Origin: Hymenobacteraceae bacterium
GTDB taxonomy: Bacteria > Bacteroidota > Bacteroidia > Cytophagales > Hymenobacteraceae
Length of the DNA stretch: 30,339 nucleotides
Direction: 5' to 3'
Assembly (NCBI GenBank): GCA_031425525.1
Contig: JANPJM010000087.1
Coordinates: 1-30,339, forward strand
A program made the position numbers and the translations under genes. This document shows, piece by piece, positions 24,142-30,339 of the stretch. Below the pieces are notes generated by a model. The model was not told the origin of the DNA and ran no database searches. It worked only from the letters and a program-made list of their open reading frames with translations. Every line of letters begins with the position of its first letter. Position 1 is the first letter of the stretch.

Positions 24142-26505
24142 ATGTTTCGCAACTACTTCAAAATTGCCCTGCGCAGCCTGTGGCGCAATCGTACTTACGG
24201 ACTGCTCAACATTCTGGGGCTGGCGGTGGGCGTGACGTGCGCCGCCCTCATCTTTCTGTGGGTGCAGGACGAAGTGACCTACGACGGCCACCACCGCAAG
24301 CGCGACCGGCTTTACCGGGTAATGAACAATCAGACGTACGACGGCACCACCTATACCTTCCCCGCTACGCCCGGTCCGCTCGGCCCGGCGCTGCGGGCCG
24401 AAGTGCCAGGGGTCGAGCGTACGGCCCGCGCGATGTGGGGCTCGACCGATTTGTTTTCGCGCGGCGAGAAGGCGATTTATGAGTACGGCAACTACGTCGA
24501 TCCGGCCTTCCTGGAAATGTTCACCATCGAGCTGGTGCACGGCCAGACCGCCACGGCCTTCCGCGAGCTGCATACGGTCATCATCAGCGAAGCGATGGCG
24601 CAGAAATTCTTCGGCGACCAGAATCCCGTGGGCCAGACCCTCGCGATGAACAACGCCCAGGCGCACACCGTGACCGGCGTGATGAAAGCCCAGCCCGCCA
24701 ACAGCTCGTTCCGGTTCGAGTGGCTGGCGCCGTTTGCGCTGACGTACAAAATCTACCCGTTCCTCGAACACGAATGGGGCAGCAACAGCGCCCAAACCTA
24801 CGTCGAGCTGGCGCCCACCGCCGACCCGGCCACCGTCGGGGGCATCGTCCACGGGTTTATTCGGGCCAAAGAGAAGGAGGCGAGCAGCACGTCGTTTCTG
24901 TTCCCGATGCGCGACTGGCGCCTGTACAGCAGCTTCACCAACGGCAAGCAAGACGGCGGGCGCATCGAGTACGTCCGGCTCTTCAGCCTCGTGGCGGGGT
25001 TCATCCTGCTGATTGCGTGCATCAACTTCATGAACCTCGCGACCGCCCGCTCCGAGAAACGGGCGCGCGAAGTGGGCATGCGCAAGGTGCTGGGCAGCAC
25101 CAAAGGAATGCTGGTGGGGCAGTTCATCGCCGAATCGCTGGCACTCTCGTTTCTGTCGGTGGCGGTAGCGGTAACGCTGATTTTGCTGGTTCTGCCGGCT
25201 TTCAACGCGTTGGTCGATAAAGACCTGATGCTCGACCTGCTCAGTCCGGCGCACCTGCTGGGGCTGGTGGGCATCGGACTACTGACGGGTCTGCTGGCGG
25301 GTTCTTACCCGGCGTTCTACCTCTCTTCGTTCGCGCCGGTGGCCGTGCTGAAGGGGCTGCGGATTCAGCCCGATTCGGGGGCGGCTTTTGTCCGCAAAGG
25401 GCTGGTGGTGTTTCAGTTCACGGTGTCCATCGTGCTCATCATCGGCACCACCATCGTCTATCAGCAAATCCGTTACGTGAAGGCGCGGCAGGTCGGCTAC
25501 GCCAAAGACCGGCTGATTTACCTACGGCTGAGTCAGGAACGGCTGACGCACTTCGGCGCCATCCGCGATGCGCTGGTAGCGTCCGGCGTTGTCGAAAACG
25601 CCGGGATGAGCGATAGCAACATCCTGAATCTGTACAGCAACGGCGGCGGCTGGAGCTGGGAGGGTAAAGACCCCGGCAAGGATATCCTCATCACGCAGGA
25701 ATCCGTCAGCCCGGAATACCTGCCCACCATTGCGCTGCCGCTGGTAGCGGGGCGGCAGTTTCGGACTGATATGGCATCCGACAGCACCAACCTCATCATC
25801 AACGAAACGCTGGCGCGGATGCTGAAAAAAGGCAACGCCGTTGGTACCCAGCTCGTGACCGACGAAGGCAAACGCTATGAAGTGGTGGGCGTGGTGCAGG
25901 ATTTTCTGTTCAACGATTTCTACAAAGCGCCGGAGCCGGTCATGTTCCGCGCCAGCGCCGCCAGCCCGACCACGCTCACGATCCGGCTGAAAGCTGGTAT
26001 CGATCTGCCCGCAGCCCTCGCCAAAGTAGGCGAAGTACTGAAGACCGCCAACCCCGGCTACCCCTTCGAATACAAGTTCGTGGATGAGGAATTCAATCGG
26101 CTTTTCAAGGGCGAAGACCTCATCGGGCGGCTGGCGGCCGTGTTTGCGGCGCTCGCCATCCTCATCTCGTGCCTGGGGTTGTTCGGCTTGGCGGCGTACA
26201 CCACCGAGCGGCGCACGCGCGAAATCGGCATTCGCAAAGTGCTGGGGGCGTCGCTGGCGTCTATCGTGCGGCTGTTGTCGGTCGATTTCCTCAAACTCGT
26301 GGGCCTTGCTTGCTTCATCGCCTTTCCGCTGGCGTGGTGGGCAACCAGTGCCTGGCTGGAGGGCTACGCCTACCACACGCCCATCAACTGGTGGGTTTTT
26401 GGGGCCGCCGGGGCGGCAGCGGCAACCATCGCCGTCGCGACGGTCAGTTTCCAGGCGATCAAGGCAGCGGTCAGCAATCCCGTCAAGAATCTGCGCACCG
26501 AGTAG
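24142..26505 (+). CDS. ABC transporter permease with duplicated FtsX-like domains (MacB-type), 788 aa
   Basis: N-terminal TM MFRNYFKIALRSLWRNRTYGLLNILGLAVGVTCAALIFLWV and a large periplasmic domain. Two 4-TM FtsX-type blocks (around aa 290-410 and 670-788), each preceded by an extracytoplasmic region. Confidence 0.85.
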   Translation: MFRNYFKIALRSLWRNRTYGLLNILGLAVGVTCAALIFLWVQDEVTYDGHHRKRDRLYRVMNNQTYDGTTYTFPATPGPLGPALRAEVPGVERTARAMWGSTDLFSRGEKAIYEYGNYVDPAFLEMFTIELVHGQTATAFRELHTVIISEAMAQKFFGDQNPVGQTLAMNNAQAHTVTGVMKAQPANSSFRFEWLAPFALTYKIYPFLEHEWGSNSAQTYVELAPTADPATVGGIVHGFIRAKEKEASSTSFLFPMRDWRLYSSFTNGKQDGGRIEYVRLFSLVAGFILLIACINFMNLATARSEKRAREVGMRKVLGSTKGMLVGQFIAESLALSFLSVAVAVTLILLVLPAFNALVDKDLMLDLLSPAHLLGLVGIGLLTGLLAGSYPAFYLSSFAPVAVLKGLRIQPDSGAAFVRKGLVVFQFTVSIVLIIGTTIVYQQIRYVKARQVGYAKDRLIYLRLSQERLTHFGAIRDALVASGVVENAGMSDSNILNLYSNGGGWSWEGKDPGKDILITQESVSPEYLPTIALPLVAGRQFRTDMASDSTNLIINETLARMLKKGNAVGTQLVTDEGKRYEVVGVVQDFLFNDFYKAPEPVMFRASAASPTTLTIRLKAGIDLPAALAKVGEVLKTANPGYPFEYKFVDEEFNRLFKGEDLIGRLAAVFAALAILISCLGLFGLAAYTTERRTREIGIRKVLGASLASIVRLLSVDFLKLVGLACFIAFPLAWWATSAWLEGYAYHTPINWWVFGAAGAAAATIAVATVSFQAIKAAVSNPVKNLRTE

Positions 26506-26564
26506 CATCGCGCTGCCCGGCGGCGGTGGTCGGCTCCTCCCCTCTCCTTCTTGTTTTTCCGTTT

Positions 26565-27980
26565 ATGACCCTCCGAACCTTTGGGCTGCTGCCCGTGCTT
26601 GGCGTGCTGCTGCGGGCGGCACCGGGGCTGGCGCAGACGCTCGCTTCGCCCCGCATGGCGGTGCCGGTTGCCGCCCCGCTTTCCGCCGATACCGGCACCG
26701 TCTTCGAGCTGTCGCGCTGCGTGGCGCTGGCGCTTGAAAACAACCAGCAAGTGCGGCAGGCCGACTGGCAGGCGCAGACCAACCGCGTGGGCGTAACCAC
26801 CGCGTGGGGCAACCTGCTGCCCAACCTGAACGGTACCGTGACGCACGGCCTCAACCGGGGCCGCAGCATCGACCCGTTCACCAATGCCTACGCGAATCAG
26901 CAGATTTCCTTCGCCAACTACGACCTCAACGCCACCGTGCCGGTCTGGAATGGCCTGAGTCTGCAAAACACGCTGCACCAAAACCGACTGACGACCGAAG
27001 CCGCCCGGCTCGACCTGCAGCAAACGCGCGACAATACCATCATCAGCGTCATTCTGGCCTATTTTCAAGTCCTCAACGCCGATGAACAGCTTCGGCAGGC
27101 CGAGCGCCAGGCGGCGGTGACGGCCCGGCAGGTAGCGCGACTGCGGGTACTCGACAGCACGGGCGCCATCGCGCCGGCGCTGCTCTACGACCTGCGCGGC
27201 CAGCTCGCCACCGACCACCTGACGGTCGTGGCGATGCGCACCACCGCGCAAACCGCCCGCCTGACGCTGGCGCAGCTCCTCAACATCGCCTTCACCCCCA
27301 CCATGCGCCTCGGGCCGCCGCCCGAAACCGCCGGAGCCGCCGGGCCTACCCCGACCGATTTCGGGGCGGTCGTGCAGAATGCCCTTGCCACCCTGCCGCA
27401 AGTGCGCGCCGCCCAACTGCGGCTGCGCAGCGCGCACAGCGGGGTGCGCGCCGCGCGCGGGCAGTGGTGGCCGTCGGTGTATTTGTTCGGCAACGCCGGT
27501 ACTACCTATTCCAGCGCCGCCCTGCGCGCCACCGGTGGCGGCACCACGACCGAAACGATTCCGTATCGCGACCAGTGGCGCAACAACCGTTTCTCCACCT
27601 TCGGGGTGGGCGTCCGGATTCCGTTACTCAACGGCCTGCAAACCCGCACCCGCGTCGGGTTTGCGCGCATTGCCGAAGAACAGGCCCGCTTTCAGGTGAA
27701 AACCGTGGAAAACACCGTGCAGCAGACCGTCACGCAAGCCATCCTCAACGAGCAGCAGGCGCAGGAACGCTACCGCACCCTGGGGCAGCAGGTACAGGAT
27801 TTTGCGCGCTCGTTTCAGGCCGCCGAAGCGCGTTTTGAAGCCGGCGTAGGCAACGCCGTAGATTATATGGTAGCCAAAACCAACGCCGACCGCGCCCGCA
27901 CCAACCTGATTGCCGCCCGTTACGAGGTAGCGCTCCGTCGCCAGATCGTGGCCTACTACGAAGGACAGGCGTTGCCGTAG
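26565..27980 (+). CDS. TolC-family outer membrane efflux protein
   Basis: Signal peptide MTLRTFGLLPVLGVLLRAAPGLAQ, then the repeated alpha-helical/beta-strand TolC architecture (LSRCVALALENNQQVRQADWQAQ..., ...AEARFEAGVGNAVDYMVAKTNADRARTNLIAARYEVALRR). Confidence 0.85.
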   Translation: MTLRTFGLLPVLGVLLRAAPGLAQTLASPRMAVPVAAPLSADTGTVFELSRCVALALENNQQVRQADWQAQTNRVGVTTAWGNLLPNLNGTVTHGLNRGRSIDPFTNAYANQQISFANYDLNATVPVWNGLSLQNTLHQNRLTTEAARLDLQQTRDNTIISVILAYFQVLNADEQLRQAERQAAVTARQVARLRVLDSTGAIAPALLYDLRGQLATDHLTVVAMRTTAQTARLTLAQLLNIAFTPTMRLGPPPETAGAAGPTPTDFGAVVQNALATLPQVRAAQLRLRSAHSGVRAARGQWWPSVYLFGNAGTTYSSAALRATGGGTTTETIPYRDQWRNNRFSTFGVGVRIPLLNGLQTRTRVGFARIAEEQARFQVKTVENTVQQTVTQAILNEQQAQERYRTLGQQVQDFARSFQAAEARFEAGVGNAVDYMVAKTNADRARTNLIAARYEVALRRQIVAYYEGQALP

Positions 27981-28055
27981 TCGGGTGCAGATTTCTACTA
28001 ACGCGCCAATACCTCCTCCTTCCGGTATTCCACTCGAAGGAGCAAAAGGCCGAAG

Positions 28056-28102
28056 CAATCCGTCGCCAGACACCAGGTAGCTGACGCCGGATTGCTTCGC
28101 TG
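28056..28102. terminator. bidirectional hairpin (11-bp stem GAAGCAATCCG/CGGATTGCTTC, 25-nt loop) between the convergent tolC-like and T9SS-protein genes
   Basis: gaagcaatccg (28056-28066) is the reverse complement of cggattgcttc (28092-28102). Confidence 0.45.
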
Positions 28103-28225
28103 CGCTCGCAACGACAGAATAACCGTTGCTTCCGTCTGAACGGGTACAGAACACCGAAAATCGATCTCCGAAAAACGGCTAACGGCTAACGAGGAACGAA
28201 GAACGATCAACGAAAACCGCCCCTC

Positions 28226-30339
28226 CTAGTCGCGCACCAGTTTGCGGGTGGCTACCCCGCGCTCGGTGGTGAGGCGCAGCAGGTAGGTGCCCACCGGCAG
28301 CGCCCGCACGTCGAGGGTGTGGCGCGGGCCGGCGGCCAGCTTCGTGCGCCACACGGCACGGCCGGCCATATCGTAGACCAGCACCGTGGCGGGGCCGGTG
28401 GTGTTCTCCACTTCGAGCGTCACGTAGCCGTCGAGGGTCGGCACGGGGTAGAGCGCAAGGTGAAGGCGGGTTGGCAGGGCATCGGCGAGGCCGGTAATCA
28501 GCACCACTTGCGGCGCCGACGGGACCGATGGGCAGCCCGCTATGGCGCAAATCACGGTGTAGGTGCCGTTTTGGGCTACCGTGGTAACGGCGTACGTCGG
28601 GCCGGTAGCGCCGGGGATCGGCGCCCCGTTGAGGTACCACTGGTTGCCGGTGGGCTGCGAGCTGGTGAGCTGCACGCCGCCGCCGGGCAGGTTCTGCACG
28701 GTAATCACGGGTTGCCCCGGATTAGCGATTACCGTGACCGTGAGCGAGATGGTGGCATCGCAGACCCCGCCCGTGGTGCCCGTGAACGAGACTACGTGCG
28801 GCCCGGCCCCGAGCGCGGCGGGGTCGAAGACGGTCGCCGGTTGCCCGTTGATGGTGAACGCGCCGGGCGCCGACTGGCCGTTCACGGTGCCCGTGAGCGT
28901 CACGGGGCCGTCGAGGGCGCAGTACGTGAGGCTCAGGTTGGTGATATCGACCGTCGGGAGCGCCAGCAGCGTCAGGCTGGTGGTGGCCGTGGTGGGCGCG
29001 CAGCTACCGGCGCCGCTCACCGAGTTGCTGATGACGTAGGTGCCCGGCAAGCTCGTGGCGAGCGTTACGGCGCCGGTGGCGGCATCGAGGGTGAGGCCCG
29101 CCGGAGTGGCCGTAAACGCCCCCGCCGTACTGCCGGCCGCCAGCGTGGGCGCGAGCGTGCCCGCCGACCCCGCGCACGCCACCGCAGCGGCGTAGGCAAA
29201 CGTGCCCTGCGGGGCGGTGGTGAGGGTCAGCGTTTGGGTTTGGGTGGCGGGACACGGCCCGGCCACGGCATAGCTGATGGTGTAGCTACCGGCTTGCGAG
29301 TTCGTCAGGTTGATAGCACCGGTTTGCGCGTTCAGGCTCAAGCCCGAAGGTGCAACGCTGAACGTACCGCCCGTTGCGCCGGTGATGGTCGGCACCGGAT
29401 TGGCGCCGCTGCCGAGGCAGAAGCTCGCCGCCCCGTAGGCAAACGCCGCCGACGGCACTGGGTTTACCGTGACGCTGGTGGTTGGCGAAGTGGCCGAGCA
29501 GCCCGCCGCGTTGGTCGCCGTGACCGAGTATTGGCCGCTGGCGCTCACCGTAATGCTGGCCGTGGTGGCGCCGTTGCTCCACAGATAGGAAGCGCCGCCG
29601 GTGGCCGTGAGCGTCACGGAACCACCCGCGCAGAAGGTGGTTGGCCCGCCCGCCGCGATGCTGGCGGTAGGCGCCGCCTGAATCGTGATGGTAGCCGTGG
29701 CGGTGGCCGCCGCGCACGCGCCGCTCGCGGCAATCGTGTTGCTGATGGTATAGGTGCCGGGTAGTGAGTTCGCCAGCGAAATCACGCCGGAACCCGCGTT
29801 CAGCGCTAAGCCGGTGGGCGTGCTGGTGAACGAACCGGCCGAGGCCCCCGAGCCGAAAGTCGGCGCTACCGTGCCCGCGCTGCCCGCGCACCGCGCACCC
29901 GCCGCCGGGTAGCTGAACGCCGCCGACGGGGCGGTCGTGATGGTGATGGCTTGCGTGCTGGACGCCAGGCACGTGCCGCTCACGGCGTACGTCACGGTGT
30001 AGCTACCAGCTTGCGAGTTCGCCACGTTGATGGCGCCGGTTTGCGCGTTCAGACTCAGGCCCGAAGGCGTGACCGAGAACGTGCCGCCCGCCGCGCCCGT
30101 GATGGTGGGGGTGGCAGAAGCCCCGCTCACGCAGAACGTGGAAGTAGCGTAGGCAAACGCCGCCGACGCTTGCGGATTGACGGTGACGGTAGTGGTTGGC
30201 GAAGCGGCCGAGCAGCCCGCCGCATTCGTCGCCGTCACGCTGAATTGCCCGCTGCTGTTTACCGTGATGCTCGCGGTCGTGGCGCCGTTGCTCCACAAGT
30301 ACGAAGCGCCGCCGCTGGCCGTCAGTGTCACCGAACCAC
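28226..30339 (-). CDS. large T9SS-secreted cell-surface protein (3-prime portion; gene continues beyond the window end) with tandem Ig-like repeats and a Por-secretion C-terminal sorting domain
   Basis: C-terminus ...LALYPVPTLDGYVTLEVENTTGPATVLVYDMAGRAVWRTKLAAGPRHTLDVRALPVGTYLLRLTTERGVATRKLV matches the T9SS type-A CTD. Upstream are Thr/Ser/Ala/Gly-rich beta-sandwich repeats with a recurring ...GGASYLWSNGATTASITV..SGQ.SVTATNAAGCSA.SPTT.VTVNP module. Confidence 0.85.
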   Translation of the reverse strand, partial: GSVTLTASGGASYLWSNGATTASITVNSSGQFSVTATNAAGCSAASPTTTVTVNPQASAAFAYATSTFCVSGASATPTITGAAGGTFSVTPSGLSLNAQTGAINVANSQAGSYTVTYAVSGTCLASSTQAITITTAPSAAFSYPAAGARCAGSAGTVAPTFGSGASAGSFTSTPTGLALNAGSGVISLANSLPGTYTISNTIAASGACAAATATATITIQAAPTASIAAGGPTTFCAGGSVTLTATGGASYLWSNGATTASITVSASGQYSVTATNAAGCSATSPTTSVTVNPVPSAAFAYGAASFCLGSGANPVPTITGATGGTFSVAPSGLSLNAQTGAINLTNSQAGSYTISYAVAGPCPATQTQTLTLTTAPQGTFAYAAAVACAGSAGTLAPTLAAGSTAGAFTATPAGLTLDAATGAVTLATSLPGTYVISNSVSGAGSCAPTTATTSLTLLALPTVDITNLSLTYCALDGPVTLTGTVNGQSAPGAFTINGQPATVFDPAALGAGPHVVSFTGTTGGVCDATISLTVTVIANPGQPVITVQNLPGGGVQLTSSQPTGNQWYLNGAPIPGATGPTYAVTTVAQNGTYTVICAIAGCPSVPSAPQVVLITGLADALPTRLHLALYPVPTLDGYVTLEVENTTGPATVLVYDMAGRAVWRTKLAAGPRHTLDVRALPVGTYLLRLTTERGVATRKLVRD
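28920..30339. repeat. tandem 714-bp (238-aa) repeat units inside the T9SS protein gene, at least two copies at about 80% nucleotide identity
   Basis: tggttggcgaagtggccgagcagcc at about 29483 and tggttggcgaagcggccgagcagcc at about 30197. tgtagctaccggcttgcgagttcg at about 29270 and tgtagctaccagcttgcgagttcg at about 29990. Confidence 0.8.

Noticed and set aside
24124-27437. Minus-strand ORFs 24124-25254, 25522-26508 and 26370-27437 antisense to the permease and TolC genes
   Set aside because: High-GC antisense artefacts. The sense strand has transporter topology and motifs.
28319-29764. 481-aa plus-strand ORF antisense to the T9SS surface protein
   Set aside because: Arg/Gly-rich nonsense. The sense strand carries a T9SS CTD and coherent Ig-like repeats.
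1-30339. CRISPR arrays, rRNA, tRNA
   Set aside because: No regularly spaced short direct repeats and no rRNA- or tRNA-like conserved strings were seen on either strand.

Overview
This is a high-GC (about 65-70%) chromosomal segment. The T9SS C-terminal sorting domain at 28226-30339 points to a Bacteroidota (Cytophagia/Hymenobacter-like) source. Several intergenic hairpin/TACTTTTT motifs fit the Bacteroidota -7 promoter box, and one such motif sits 6 bp upstream of the ATG at 10368. Reading from the start, the window contains: (1) a decayed IS3-family transposase 3-prime end (1-302) followed by about 700 bp of gene-free, structure-rich DNA; (2) a minus-strand lipid-modification operon (fatty-acid-hydroxylase-superfamily membrane enzyme, a KAS III fused to a heme-oxygenase-like diiron domain, and a 300-aa unknown), with an XRE/LexA-like regulator upstream; (3) a long plus-strand operon (5763-15293) encoding a YbjN/DUF2170-like protein, PspA/IM30, an orphan 139-aa protein, a YqiJ/NfeD-like OB-fold membrane protein, a 724-aa flotillin and a 1641-aa giant protein with a C-terminal MoxR/dynein-type AAA+ (AAA_5) module; (4) a lower-GC three-gene nuclease islet (PD-(D/E)xK protein, RusA resolvase, PD-ExK+HEPN-like protein); (5) a histidine kinase plus sigma-54-dependent response regulator, divergent from a tripartite efflux operon (HlyD adaptor, ABC ATPase, duplicated FtsX permease, TolC); (6) the 3-prime part of a large T9SS-secreted surface protein with 714-bp tandem repeats. 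The candidate undescribed system is the tightly linked PspA-NfeD-flotillin-giant AAA+ operon, possibly with the adjacent nuclease islet. A second candidate is the KAS III-diiron oxidase fusion cluster. All calls rest on reading the sequence and translations only; no database search was possible.
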